A DNA stretch of 64,000 nt, taken from the NCBI GenBank assembly GCA_045577735.1, contig JAZNIY010000025.1, positions 130,007-194,006 on the forward strand. The letters run 5' to 3'. The notes below the pieces were generated by a model. It was given only the letters and a program-made list of their open reading frames with translations. It had not been told where the DNA came from and made no database searches. Positions 18,047 through 28,419 of the stretch are shown here, one piece after another. Position 1 is the first letter of the stretch; each line of letters begins with the position of its first letter. The position numbers were made by a program, and so were the translations under genes. Source of the DNA: Candidatus Stercoripulliclostridium sp. (lineage in GTDB: Bacteria; Bacillota; Clostridia; Christensenellales; DTU072).

Positions 18047-20788
18047 ATGAAAACAAAATTGCTAATTACTTTATTAGTTATTGCGTTAGTAGCATCCGTT
18101 GCATTCGGCGTTGTTGCATGTACCCCTAAAAATCAAGGTGACGGCGATAAAGACACCGGCAAGAATACGATTGTTATCGAAACGCTACCTGACATGGTTG
18201 ACTATGGCGCAGACCAAAAGTATTATGCAGATGGCACAATGGGCTATTCTGACAGCAAGGTGCTTGAATGGACTGGCGAACTAGAAACCAAACAAGACGA
18301 AGAACGCGTAAAGTGGATTGACTCTGAAGATGCTAGTGCTTGGCCGGATACCGTTGAGGAAATGAAAGAGTTCTACGTTACCTTCGGTGCTTATTCAACT
18401 TCTTACGATGATCCTGAAAACGTAAAACTACAATCTGCAATAGGTTACTTTGACGTTGATGGAAACTGGGTTGACGACGAATCTGCTTCTACTATCCAAC
18501 GTTTGTTTGCCTACTCAACCGCTGAAGGCTTCATCAACAGAATGGATTCTGCACGTGTTGACGAAACTAAAACCGATGCTTTGATTAAGTACATCGTTCG
18601 TGACGATAGCGATTACGTTTTGGAAGATGGTAAAAAACGCTCTAAGAATGATTATGAGTTCCGTCTAGGCTTTGCAAGTGCTCTTGAAGACTACGATCAA
18701 CTTGACGAGCTACAAACCATTTACGACGACTTTACCGAGTACGAAATGGATGATTCCTATCCCGAACCTCGTTTTGAAACCGAAGAAGAAGTACAAGATT
18801 ACCTCAATCGTAAAAAGAGAAAGATTTATGGCGAAATCTTCACCATATTCCAAGACAAGGCTGACCAATTTGCACGTTGTGCTATCCAACTTGTAAGCTA
18901 CGGCATCGAAATCATAGACGACGTTATGATGGATGCTTACGATTACAACGAGGCTGATGGTTCTCACGTTGAATTTGAAGATTATCTACGCTATGAAATG
19001 TTCGACCATGAAACCCTAAGCTACTTCCTAGCATTCATGGATGGCAACATCACTTCCTTCAACATGAACACCTACCAAGCAACCAACAAGAAGACCATGA
19101 TGAGTCTTTATGGTTACTACTATCAATATCAAAAACGTGATTACGAAGTATTCGACGATAGCAAGACCGTTTCTAACAATAGAATAGGCGTTGTTACCGA
19201 ATATGAAGACTTCCTAGAACTAAATCACAAAGATTACTTTGATACCAACGACGAAGCTCTTCGTTATCGTGATTACGACAGAAGACAATACAAAGAAGCA
19301 TATCGTTACTCCTATGCTTGTTACAAAAAATATTATGAAGTCCAACTAACCTTCCAATCTGTTCAAGAAGAAAAAGACCTTGAAGTTTACGTTGGTGGTG
19401 CAGGTGCTATTGGCAATTCATTGGTAAACGGTCAATATGGTACCGCAAAGCTTAATGGTCTAGATCCAGTTGGCGCAGACCTTACTTACTCCTCAGAAAT
19501 GAGAACCGGTTGCTCTATGGGTCTTGAAAGCAGTCTTAAACTTTCCGACGTTAACTGGGAATACAGTGGAGTAGATACCAATGCTCTTCGTTACAACACC
19601 AAAGCAAAGGCATGGAACGGATTGGATGAAACCGCACAAGATTCACCCTCTAACAAGATTAAGAAGGTTGAATACGAAATCGTTCAACTTGAAAGTCAAC
19701 AATATGCAATTACCCACAAGACCATTGAACATTCCGATTTGACCAAGGCTCTACAATACCAAATCTATTCTTACAGCGCAGACTCCATTCGTTCAATCCA
19801 AGCTGCAAAGAAAGACGAAGTTACTTACTATCTTGCAATCGACCGCTTCTTGAGCGTAGTTGCTCCCACCTATGACGAAATCGTTTCTGGTGCTATTCCC
19901 GGCAATGAACATATGGAAAAAGCTCTTGCAGAACTTGAAGAAGATGCAGGAAGAAACGATGCTAAGTTTGTAAACCTTGATGCAAACTATAGTAAGAACA
20001 CCGCTCGTGAACAAGCAAACCAAGCTAACAACGCTGACTGGGCAGGCATTAAAGATAACATTGCTCAAACCCTAGCAACCGACTTTAACGCTTATGACAA
20101 ATCTCCCGCAGCTGCTAACAAGGCTGTTGATATCTACTTCGAAGACACCCTCATTAAGAAGGTTATGTCCTGTGGCGCAGATATGGACGAAGCATGTCTA
20201 AATGGCACCAGCCACTTAGAGTGTGAAGAAGAATATGACACCGACTGGGCACTTTCTCGTCTACTCGACACCCACGAAGTAGTTCTTCGTTACATGGCAG
20301 GTCAAGCAGTAGTAACCTTCAAGAACGTTACTATGGGCGACTTTACCGATCCTACAAAGTTCCACAAAGATATTAAGTCCATGCCTTCAGGCACCATCGT
20401 TACTGCTACCGAAGCAAAGAAAGCAAATAAGTATAGCATGACTTACATTGATTCCAAGGCTACCGTAACCCTAGGAACTAGTGATGAAATCGGTGAAGCT
20501 TGCTGTAACGGTAAAGATAATAACGGCAACTATCCCGTTGCCGGCGCACCTAGCCAATACTGGGATAACGTACCCGTATACAGCACCAACCAATTCACTT
20601 GTGTAACGGAATCTGGTAAGGTAAACACCGGTAGAATTACCGTAACCATTGATGGAGTAGAATACGTTTACTCATTCATCGGCTGGTACGTTGATGAAAA
20701 CTTCAAGTACGGCGTACTACTAGACGAAACCTATAATTACGACATTAAGTTGTATCCCGGATACAGACTCGAAAAAATCGTAAAATAG
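18047..20788 (+). CDS. 913-aa acidic lipoprotein of unknown function with one C-terminal Flg_new-like repeat
   Basis: SD AGGAG. Signal peptide MKTKLLITLLVIALVASVAFGVVAC (lipobox VVAC). C-terminal YSFIGWYVDENFKYG repeat motif. I recognise no other domain. Confidence 0.8.
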   Translation: MKTKLLITLLVIALVASVAFGVVACTPKNQGDGDKDTGKNTIVIETLPDMVDYGADQKYYADGTMGYSDSKVLEWTGELETKQDEERVKWIDSEDASAWPDTVEEMKEFYVTFGAYSTSYDDPENVKLQSAIGYFDVDGNWVDDESASTIQRLFAYSTAEGFINRMDSARVDETKTDALIKYIVRDDSDYVLEDGKKRSKNDYEFRLGFASALEDYDQLDELQTIYDDFTEYEMDDSYPEPRFETEEEVQDYLNRKKRKIYGEIFTIFQDKADQFARCAIQLVSYGIEIIDDVMMDAYDYNEADGSHVEFEDYLRYEMFDHETLSYFLAFMDGNITSFNMNTYQATNKKTMMSLYGYYYQYQKRDYEVFDDSKTVSNNRIGVVTEYEDFLELNHKDYFDTNDEALRYRDYDRRQYKEAYRYSYACYKKYYEVQLTFQSVQEEKDLEVYVGGAGAIGNSLVNGQYGTAKLNGLDPVGADLTYSSEMRTGCSMGLESSLKLSDVNWEYSGVDTNALRYNTKAKAWNGLDETAQDSPSNKIKKVEYEIVQLESQQYAITHKTIEHSDLTKALQYQIYSYSADSIRSIQAAKKDEVTYYLAIDRFLSVVAPTYDEIVSGAIPGNEHMEKALAELEEDAGRNDAKFVNLDANYSKNTAREQANQANNADWAGIKDNIAQTLATDFNAYDKSPAAANKAVDIYFEDTLIKKVMSCGADMDEACLNGTSHLECEEEYDTDWALSRLLDTHEVVLRYMAGQAVVTFKNVTMGDFTDPTKFHKDIKSMPSGTIVTATEAKKANKYSMTYIDSKATVTLGTSDEIGEACCNGKDNNGNYPVAGAPSQYWDNVPVYSTNQFTCVTESGKVNTGRITVTIDGVEYVYSFIGWYVDENFKYGVLLDETYNYDIKLYPGYRLEKIVK

Positions 20789-20805
20789 TTTAAACCAACA
20801 AAATG

Positions 20806-20837
20806 GAATTCGGCGCTAGTCGCCGAATTCTTTTTTT
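20806..20837 (+). terminator. Rho-independent terminator closing the two-gene surface module
   Basis: Perfect 10-bp stem GAATTCGGCG/CGCCGAATTC, 5-nt loop, T7 tract. Confidence 0.85.
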
Positions 20838-20967
20838 GTGAAAAAATGAGGGCAAAAAATTTCATTTTAGTTGTATTTTGGATTTCTTATTTGCGAACAA
20901 AGGGAAACCAAATGAGGGTTTATATTATTAAGTAATCAACGCAAGATAAGATGCATAAAATTATAGT

Positions 20968-21912
20968 ATGCTTCAAAACCTACTTTCTCTTTTTTCGGGA
21001 ATAGGGACATTCTTGTTGGGGATGAAACTAATTTCCACGCGCCTTCAAAAAGTGGCAGGGGGCAAGATTGAACGGCTGTTTAATAGGTTGTCAAACTCTA
21101 AACTTGCCTCCGTGGGGGTGGGGGTAGGTAGTGCCGCCGTTTTACAAAGTTCGTCGGCAACTACGGTAATATTAGTTTCGCTCGTTAATAGCGGAATAGT
21201 CACTCTTTTCCAAGCTACTTGCATTATTATGGGTGCAAATATTGGTACGACTTTTACTGCCCTCATAATTTCATTTAACTATCTTCCCATAGGCGAACTC
21301 TTTGCCTTTTTGACCTTTGTTGGAGTTATGCTGGTAATGGTGGACAAAGGAGAGAAAGTTAGTGCTACCGGTTGGATTATAGGTAGTTGTGGGCTTATGT
21401 TTATCGGATTAAATATCATTAAGGCTTCGGCGCAAACACTTAGTGAATTTTCCTCTTTTAACTCACTCTTTTCTTCAATAAATAGTCCATTTATTCTTCT
21501 TATTATGGGTGCCGTTTTTACTGCCGTAATTCAGAGTTCAAGCGCACTTACGGGCATTGTAATAACCTTTGCTCACCTTGGAATTATGCCGGCAACCGGC
21601 GCCTTCTATCTCATTATGGGGGGAAATATTGGCTCTTGTATGACGGCACTTTTGGCATCTATCGGTGGTAACGTTAACGCAAAAAGAACGGCACTTATCA
21701 ACCTTCTTTTTAATATGATAGGGGTAATAATTTTCTTGCCATTTGTTATCGTTTGGGGCAAAAAAGTGGTGGATTTTGCTAAAAACTTCTCAATTTCTGT
21801 CCTTATTGCCTACTTTCACATAATTTTTAATTTGATAACTACCATCGTTTTATTGCCATTTACTAGAAAACTTACGGATTTAAGTATGCTTTTTATCTCC
21901 GATAAAAAATAA
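20968..21912 (+). CDS. Na/Pi cotransporter family protein (short form, no PhoU-like tail)
   Basis: N-terminal LLGMKLISTRLQKVAGGKIERLF and two QSSSA(T/L)T repeats, typical of Na_Pi_cotrans domains. Polytopic hydrophobic profile. No clear SD. Confidence 0.75.
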   Translation: MLQNLLSLFSGIGTFLLGMKLISTRLQKVAGGKIERLFNRLSNSKLASVGVGVGSAAVLQSSSATTVILVSLVNSGIVTLFQATCIIMGANIGTTFTALIISFNYLPIGELFAFLTFVGVMLVMVDKGEKVSATGWIIGSCGLMFIGLNIIKASAQTLSEFSSFNSLFSSINSPFILLIMGAVFTAVIQSSSALTGIVITFAHLGIMPATGAFYLIMGGNIGSCMTALLASIGGNVNAKRTALINLLFNMIGVIIFLPFVIVWGKKVVDFAKNFSISVLIAYFHIIFNLITTIVLLPFTRKLTDLSMLFISDKK

Positions 21913-21985
21913 TAATATATACTTGTATTAGAATAAAAAGTGTAGTACAATATATGCGTATGATTTTAAATATTAGGAGAAAAGT

Positions 21986-22507
21986 ATGGAACTTGACACC
22001 AAAAATGTAGCTAGCTTTCAAATTGACCATACTAAACTAAAGTGTGGTTTGTTTGTAAGCAGAAAAGATATTTTCGGCTCTAACGTTATTACCACGTTCG
22101 ACATTAGAATGAAGCGTCCCTATCACGATGAGGTTATGGAAACAGGCTCCGTTCATGCTTTGGAGCACATTATTGCCACCTATCTTCGTAGTGATCCTTT
22201 GTGGGGGGATAAAGTTATCTACTTTGGACCGATGGGTTGCAGAACTGGTTTCTATCTAATTATGGCAGGTGACCTTGATTCACACGATATTTTGCCTCTT
22301 ATAGAAAGAACCTTCGACTTTGTTTCTGACTATGAGGGAGAAATCCCCGCCTCTACTCCTAAAGAATGTGGCTGTTGCTACGATATGGACCTCGAAATGG
22401 CAAAGGTAGACGCTACAATGTACTACAACGTTATTATTGCGCCCAAGAAAGAAAACTTGGTTTATCCCGTAAAGCGAGAACGCAAAAAAGCCACCCCAAA
22501 AGAATAA
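21986..22507 (+). CDS. luxS: S-ribosylhomocysteine lyase
   Basis: Metal-binding HALEH motif, GPMGCRTGFYL, conserved ECG region. Carries a short basic C-terminal extension. Confidence 0.85.
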   Translation: MELDTKNVASFQIDHTKLKCGLFVSRKDIFGSNVITTFDIRMKRPYHDEVMETGSVHALEHIIATYLRSDPLWGDKVIYFGPMGCRTGFYLIMAGDLDSHDILPLIERTFDFVSDYEGEIPASTPKECGCCYDMDLEMAKVDATMYYNVIIAPKKENLVYPVKRERKKATPKE

Positions 22508-22533
22508 AAAAATTGATATAAAGGAAGTAAAAA

Positions 22534-23649
22534 ATGGTTGACCAAAGAATTGAAAAACTCGCAAACGTACTAGTTAATTATTCATGCAATCTTCAAAAGG
22601 GCGAAAAGATTCTTATTGAAGCACGTGGCATAGATTATATGCTCGTAAACGCTATTGTTAAAGAAGTTTATAAAGTAGGTGGACTACCATTCGTTCACAT
22701 GGAAGACAATCGTGTGGCAAGAGCACTCCGTCTTGGCATGACCGAAGAGCTCGCTACCATGATGGCTAAGTTTGACGGCGCACGTATGGCAGAAATGGAC
22801 GCATACATTGGCATTCGTGGTGGTAATAACTGCTATGAACTCAGTGACGTAGATCCCGAACTTATGAGCATTTATAACCGTTGCTACAGCCATCCCGTAC
22901 ACCACGAACTTCGCGTTGCAAAGACCAAGTGGGTTGTTCTTCGTTATCCTAACGAAGGCATGGCAGAGCAAGCACGTATGTCTACCGATGCTTTCGAAGA
23001 CTTCTACTTTAACGTATGTAACCTTGACTACGCAAAAATGGACAAGGCAATGGATGCTCTCCAAGAGCTTCTTAACAAGACCGACAAGGTTCGTCTTACC
23101 GCAGTTGACACCGACCTCACCTTTAGTATTAAAGGTATTGGTTCTAAGAAGTGCGCCGGTCATATGAATATCCCGGATGGTGAAATATATTCTGCTCCCG
23201 TTAAAGATTCCGTTAACGGCTATATTCACTACAATGCGCCCAGCGTAGAAAACGGTATTGAATTCAAAGACGTTCGCTTGGAGTTCAAAGATGGTAAGAT
23301 AATTAACGCTACTGCAAACGATACTAAGGCTGTTAACGCCATTTTCGACACCGATGAAGGCGCTCGTTACGTTGGTGAATTTGCTCTTGGAGTCAACCCC
23401 TATATCAACAATCCTATGGGCGACATTCTCTTTGATGAAAAGATTGCCGGCTCTATTCACTTTACTCCCGGTAGTTGTTACGACGATTGCTACAATGGCA
23501 ACGTCAGTGCAGTACACTGGGACCTTGTACTAATCCAAACTCCCGAATATGGTGGTGGCGAAATCTATTTTGATGACGTTCTCATTCGTAAGGATGGTAG
23601 ATTTGTACTTCCCGAGCTTGAATGCCTCAACCCCGAAAATCTAAAATAA
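22534..23649 (+). CDS. M29 family aminopeptidase (AmpS/PepS-like)
   Basis: N-terminus IEKLANVLVNYSCNLQKGEKILI and C-terminal HWDLV motif with a 371-aa length, typical of thermophilic-type aminopeptidase family M29. Confidence 0.8.
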   Translation: MVDQRIEKLANVLVNYSCNLQKGEKILIEARGIDYMLVNAIVKEVYKVGGLPFVHMEDNRVARALRLGMTEELATMMAKFDGARMAEMDAYIGIRGGNNCYELSDVDPELMSIYNRCYSHPVHHELRVAKTKWVVLRYPNEGMAEQARMSTDAFEDFYFNVCNLDYAKMDKAMDALQELLNKTDKVRLTAVDTDLTFSIKGIGSKKCAGHMNIPDGEIYSAPVKDSVNGYIHYNAPSVENGIEFKDVRLEFKDGKIINATANDTKAVNAIFDTDEGARYVGEFALGVNPYINNPMGDILFDEKIAGSIHFTPGSCYDDCYNGNVSAVHWDLVLIQTPEYGGGEIYFDDVLIRKDGRFVLPELECLNPENLK

Positions 23650-24890
23650 TGAAAGAAAGACAAAAGACCGAAGACTTAAAGAATTTTGTGCCATCCAAAC
23701 CTAACAAATTCTTGTATCCATTACTTATTTTCGTAGGTAGGATACTCGGAAAAGTTTGGATTAACGCCAAATTCAAAAAAGACCCTGCAATTAAGGGAAG
23801 AAAGGGACCATTCGTTTGCATTGGTACCCACTCTTGCATAATGGACGTTGCAATGATGATGCTCACTATGAGCCCCGTTTCGTTGAACATCGTTTGTGGT
23901 CGTGACGTTATGACTTGGAACGTGCTTAAGCCTTTCGCAAAGGCCATTGGTCTTTTGCCAATAAACCAATTTGAAATGGACCTTGCATCTATTCGCTCTA
24001 TGAAAAGAGCGGTGGATCAGGGCTGTTCACTTGCTGTTTTCCCCGAGGGAAAATTCACACTTGACGGCAGGGGAATGTACTATATTCCGGAAAGCCTTGC
24101 AAAGCTTCTAAAGCTTCTAAAAGCCGACGTGGTATTCTGCCACAACAATGGTGGCTATTGTGCTCGTCCACGCTGGTACAAGGGCTTTAAGTACGGCACG
24201 GTAGTTAACGAAAGTACGTTACTATTTACAAAAGAACAGTTAGCCGAGTTGAGCGACAAAGAAATATATGCCGTATTAAAGGAAAAATTCAAGTTCAACG
24301 ATTGCAAATATCAACGCGACAATAACCTTCGCTTTAAGGCTAAAAATCCGGCAGAGGGACTCCATTATATTCTTTATAAGTGCCCAAAGTGTGGAGCTGA
24401 GTATGAAATGGTCAGTGACGAGCATTACGTTACTTGTGAAAGCTGTGGCAACAAGGTTGAGTACACCGAGTACGGTGAGCTAATACCTCAAGGCGATTCC
24501 ATAGCCTTTGAAAGAATAGACCTTTGGTACGAATACGAAAGGGAAGAAGTAAGAAAGGAAATAGAAGCTGAAGACTTTGAAATGCGTCATAGCGTGGTGT
24601 GGGAGCAAGCCGACGAAAACCACAATTACGTTGAGTTGGGCGAAGGAGAATTTTTCCTTAACCACGAGTATATTGGTTTTAAAGGTAAACGCTATGATAA
24701 TGGCGAAGAAGTACTAATTCAAGTACCTACTTTGAAACAGCCTACCATCGTACACAAGAATTCAGAGGCTATTGACCTAACTATCGATACGGTTGTCAAT
24801 CGTTTCTACTTCAAAGAGGTTAAGTATTCTTGCAAGTACAACATTGCAGTAGAAGAACTTTACAGAAAACACAAAAATTTACCACTCTAG
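23649..24890 (+). CDS. PlsC-like lysophospholipid acyltransferase with C-terminal zinc-ribbon region
   Basis: HX4D motif (THSCIMD) and FPEGK acyltransferase blocks. CPKCG...CESCG zinc ribbon. Start moved to the ATG at 23649, which overlaps the upstream stop (TAATG). The ORF-track extension from 23622 lies inside the upstream gene. Confidence 0.7.
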   Translation: MKERQKTEDLKNFVPSKPNKFLYPLLIFVGRILGKVWINAKFKKDPAIKGRKGPFVCIGTHSCIMDVAMMMLTMSPVSLNIVCGRDVMTWNVLKPFAKAIGLLPINQFEMDLASIRSMKRAVDQGCSLAVFPEGKFTLDGRGMYYIPESLAKLLKLLKADVVFCHNNGGYCARPRWYKGFKYGTVVNESTLLFTKEQLAELSDKEIYAVLKEKFKFNDCKYQRDNNLRFKAKNPAEGLHYILYKCPKCGAEYEMVSDEHYVTCESCGNKVEYTEYGELIPQGDSIAFERIDLWYEYEREEVRKEIEAEDFEMRHSVVWEQADENHNYVELGEGEFFLNHEYIGFKGKRYDNGEEVLIQVPTLKQPTIVHKNSEAIDLTIDTVVNRFYFKEVKYSCKYNIAVEELYRKHKNLPL

Positions 24891-24937
24891 TGGAAAATGG
24901 GGGAGCAATCCCTAAAATATAAGAAAGGAAGAGAAAT

Positions 24938-26173
24938 ATGTTCAAAAAATACGCAGATGAAACAATGGAGTTCATTAAGAAAATCGAAGCTGACGGCCCA
25001 CGTTTGCCCGGCACCGATGAAGAAAAGGCTGCTTGCGTTAAGATCCAAAAAGAGATTAACGATAGGGTTGGACTAGACACCAAAACCGAAGAGTTTACTT
25101 TTGCTCCTCGCGCTAGTATAGGCGGTATTTGCTATTTGGGTTATGCAGGTCTACTGGCCATAGCAATTTACTACATAGGTGGAATTTACGGCACGATTCT
25201 TGCAGGATTTATGTTTTGCTGTATTATGCTTTTCGTAGCCCTTCAAGTTATTCGTTATACCGGCACTTTCGATTTGCTATTCAAGCATGAGAAATCTTCC
25301 AATATCATTAGTGAAATCGCTCCTGCTAAGGGTGAAACAAAGTTTACCGTATATCTAGGAGCCCACTATGATAGCAGTTGGTGTTGGAAACTTTCCCTTA
25401 AAAATCCTAATACGGCTATTCCCAAGACAGCATACGGCATAGTTGGAGCAATTGCTATGATAGGAATTTCTGTTCTACGCCTTGTAAATTACTTTGTTTA
25501 TATTGGTGGTGAAGCTGATTTCATTATTGATATCTGCACCATGGTGCTTCCAATTTTATTCGTTCCCGGTTTATACTTTGTTTCCCAATACGTTAGTGGT
25601 GACAAGTCTATTGCAAGCCCCGGCGCAATGGATAACCTAACCGGTATCGGCTCCAATATGATGATAATGAAATACTTCAAGGAGCATCCCGAAGATATGC
25701 CCGAAGGTATGCGCCTGGTTAACATTTGTTTTGGCGCAGAAGAAGCCAGCTTGAAGGGTAGTCTAGACTACGTTAAAAGACACAAGGCTGAACTCCAAGA
25801 CGGACATAGTTACGTTCTTAACATTGACTCCATTGCCGACCCCGATTACTTCGAAGCAATCATAGGCGACTTACTACAAGGAACCAAATTTGATCCCACT
25901 TTGATTGGTTACGTACACGAAGCATACAAAGAATTGGGAATAGAAAATGCAAAATCTATCTATAACCCTGTTGGTGGATGTGATTCTACTCCCTTCCGTA
26001 ACGCAGACGTTCCTACCGTTACTATTGCAGCACAAAATCCCACAACCACCTATTACTATCACACCATGCACGACAAGTCGGAAAGATTTAGTACCGATAC
26101 TCTCGACAAAGGTTTGAACGTTATCTACAAGGTAATCAAAAAGATAGGTGAAAAGGAAAACGCAGGAAAATAA
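24938..26173 (+). CDS. M28 family metallopeptidase with internal multi-helix membrane region
   Basis: GAHYDS and FGAEEASLKGS metal-ligand blocks of M28. Several hydrophobic helices between aa ~60 and 210. Confidence 0.7.
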   Translation: MFKKYADETMEFIKKIEADGPRLPGTDEEKAACVKIQKEINDRVGLDTKTEEFTFAPRASIGGICYLGYAGLLAIAIYYIGGIYGTILAGFMFCCIMLFVALQVIRYTGTFDLLFKHEKSSNIISEIAPAKGETKFTVYLGAHYDSSWCWKLSLKNPNTAIPKTAYGIVGAIAMIGISVLRLVNYFVYIGGEADFIIDICTMVLPILFVPGLYFVSQYVSGDKSIASPGAMDNLTGIGSNMMIMKYFKEHPEDMPEGMRLVNICFGAEEASLKGSLDYVKRHKAELQDGHSYVLNIDSIADPDYFEAIIGDLLQGTKFDPTLIGYVHEAYKELGIENAKSIYNPVGGCDSTPFRNADVPTVTIAAQNPTTTYYYHTMHDKSERFSTDTLDKGLNVIYKVIKKIGEKENAGK

Positions 26174-26183
26174 GAAAAAGGTT

Positions 26184-26213
26184 AAAAAAGTCCCCGAGAA
26201 CGGGGACTTTTTT
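26184..26213. terminator. bidirectional Rho-independent terminator
   Basis: A6-GTCCCCG-AGAA-CGGGGAC-T6, between convergent genes. Confidence 0.8.
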
Positions 26214-26217
26214 ATGC

Positions 26218-26694
26218 TTACGATTCGTTTACTAACTTACCACACACGTGTTCCGGCGTTAATTCTAGGAGCATAGTCCTATGAATATTCTCTTTAATTT
26301 CTTTTTGAATGTACTCTTCGTCATTTGTGAACTTGTGGCTTAGCTTTGTCGTTACGTCTATAATCCTTTCGGGATCGTTTACAATCGTTATCTTTCCAAA
26401 CACGATTACGCTTTTAACGTTCAAAGCCCAATCATTGGGCTTTCTATATCCGTTATCGTAGGTGCAATAAGAAACCTTATCGTTCTTTTTTAGAGCATCT
26501 AGCCTATGTCCAATGGCTCCACAATGGAAATAGATTTTGCCGTCTTCCTCGTTGTACCAATGGTTCATGGGCATTCCGTATGGGTAGCCGTCATCTCCGT
26601 TAACGGAAAGGACGCCCCTGGTTTCCGTTTTAAGAACGTCAATACATTCTTCAAAGGATATCCGTCTATTTTTTCTTAATAATTCTCTAAACAT
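26218..26694 (-). CDS. pyridoxamine 5'-phosphate oxidase family (Nim-like flavin-binding) protein
   Basis: 158 aa with N-terminal pattern ECIDVLKTETRGVLSVNGDDGYPYGMPMN...YFHC, typical of the PNPOx-like split-barrel family. Confidence 0.7.
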   Translation of the reverse strand: MFRELLRKNRRISFEECIDVLKTETRGVLSVNGDDGYPYGMPMNHWYNEEDGKIYFHCGAIGHRLDALKKNDKVSYCTYDNGYRKPNDWALNVKSVIVFGKITIVNDPERIIDVTTKLSHKFTNDEEYIQKEIKENIHRTMLLELTPEHVCGKLVNES

Positions 26695-26718
26695 TTTGCT
26701 TCCGTTTATATTATTGGT

Positions 26719-28332
26719 CTATTTATATTTTGCAATTAGTGCTTTTAATTCTTCGTTTAGTTTGCGTAACTCTCTGTTTGCTCTACCTTCAAGAGTGGGA
26801 ATTAGCTTGTGGAATTCGTTTGCCGTTTGTCTTAGCGCTCCATATACGGTAGAGGTATTAAAGCGTTCATTGTCCTCTTGCCTACGGGTATTTTCCTTTT
26901 TAACGGTGTTTCCTAGGTATATGAATTCGTTTGCAATAAGATCGTATACGGCTCCGTTATAGGGGGCAACGGCTGGTATTTTATGTTCGCGCTCCAACGT
27001 TTTGGCAAAGGACTCTGCAACACTATCCTCACCGTGGGTAATAAAGACGCGAGTGGGGGAAGGAACCTCTTTAATCCAACTAATAAGGTGGTTGCGATCC
27101 GCGTGAGAAGAAGTACCTTCAAGCTTTCTTATTTTAGCCCTAACCTTTATTGTTTCATTGAATAGTTTGACCGTATCGGCACCCTCAAGCAATAGGTTAC
27201 CCAGCGTACCCTTTACTTGGTATCCAACAAATACGATAGTGCTCTCCTTGCGCCACAAATTATGTTTTAGGTGGTGACGAATTCTGCCTGCTTCACACAT
27301 TCCCGAGGCAGAGAGAATAACTTTTGATTCGTAACCTTTGTTAATGAGTTTGCTATCGTCTGCAGTTATGCTTACTTTTAATCCCCTAAAAGTAATGGGG
27401 TTAATACCTTGTTGTATTAATGCGCAAGTTTCATCGTCACAGCAGTCCTCAACGTTTTTATTATATATGTTCGTTGCTTCAACGGCTAGGGGGCTGTCTA
27501 CGTAAACGGGGAAATCGGGGAAATTTGGGCACAAGTTGCGAGTCTTTATCTCGCGTAGGAAATAGAGCATTTCTTGCATTCTGCCTACTGCAAACGTAGG
27601 AATTACAACGTTACCACCCATAGCAAAGGTTTCCTCAATTATCTTTGCAAGATTGGTAGCATAATCCGGATCGGTGCCGTGCGTTCTGTCGCCATAGGTG
27701 GATTCCATTACTACGAAGTTTGCACCGGGAACGGGGGAGGGACAACGAATTATGGGCTTGTTCTTGTTTCCTATGTCGCCGGAGAATAGTATTGTTTTGG
27801 TAATTCCATTTTCTATTGCCGTAACTTCAATATAACTGGAACCGAGTAGATGTCCGGCATCAATAAAGGTAGCGCGCACACCTTCGGTTACGTCAATCGG
27901 TTTATTATAATCTACGCCACGAAGATTTTTAATAATACCTTCTGCATCGGTTTTGGTATAGAGGGGAACGTACTCTTTGTGAGAGCCTCTTTTTGCTTTA
28001 CGATTTCTCCATTCCGCCTCGAATTCCTGAATGTGAGCACTGTCCAAGAGTAGTATTTTGGTCAAATCTTTGGTGCCACGCGTCATCAAAACCTTGCCAC
28101 GATACCCCTTTTTATAAATTAAAGGAAGAAGTCCGCTGTGGTCTATGTGTGCGTGGGTAATTAGAATAGCATCTATGCTACTCGGATTGACGGAAAGGGT
28201 TTGGTTTTCGTAGATGTCGGGACCTTGCTCCATACCACAATCGATAAGGATATTTTTGTTCCCAACTTTGAGTAAATAACAGCTTCCCGTTACTTCGCGT
28301 GCCGCGCCTAAAAAAGTCAGTTCCATAAGCAT
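26719..28332 (-). CDS. MBL-fold beta-CASP ribonuclease-like hydrolase
   Basis: HAHIDHSG metallo-beta-lactamase motif. The beta-CASP-like middle region and C-terminal SHAD motif resemble CPSF/RNase J-related proteins. Confidence 0.75.
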   Translation of the reverse strand: MLMELTFLGAAREVTGSCYLLKVGNKNILIDCGMEQGPDIYENQTLSVNPSSIDAILITHAHIDHSGLLPLIYKKGYRGKVLMTRGTKDLTKILLLDSAHIQEFEAEWRNRKAKRGSHKEYVPLYTKTDAEGIIKNLRGVDYNKPIDVTEGVRATFIDAGHLLGSSYIEVTAIENGITKTILFSGDIGNKNKPIIRCPSPVPGANFVVMESTYGDRTHGTDPDYATNLAKIIEETFAMGGNVVIPTFAVGRMQEMLYFLREIKTRNLCPNFPDFPVYVDSPLAVEATNIYNKNVEDCCDDETCALIQQGINPITFRGLKVSITADDSKLINKGYESKVILSASGMCEAGRIRHHLKHNLWRKESTIVFVGYQVKGTLGNLLLEGADTVKLFNETIKVRAKIRKLEGTSSHADRNHLISWIKEVPSPTRVFITHGEDSVAESFAKTLEREHKIPAVAPYNGAVYDLIANEFIYLGNTVKKENTRRQEDNERFNTSTVYGALRQTANEFHKLIPTLEGRANRELRKLNEELKALIAKYK

Positions 28333-28419
28333 CTCCTTTATTATATTTTTATTATATCATATTTTTTATTAATACAACCTTAATTTTTTCACACACTACC
28401 ATTAAGGAGATTACATTAT

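Noticed and set aside
20840-20967. Duplicated AAATGAGGG motif and two tiny MR-initiated ORFs upstream of the Na/Pi cotransporter, as a possible Pho-type control region.
   Set aside because: The ORFs are 7-8 codons with no SD. I saw no TTAACA-like Pho-box repeats. Two 9-mers alone are not convincing.
28340-28419. Forespore (sigma-G/F type) promoter for spoVT, e.g. TAATA...CACACTA.
   Set aside because: Matches to the GNATA/CATNNTA consensus are partial and the spacing (15 nt) is off. This cannot be supported from the sequence alone.
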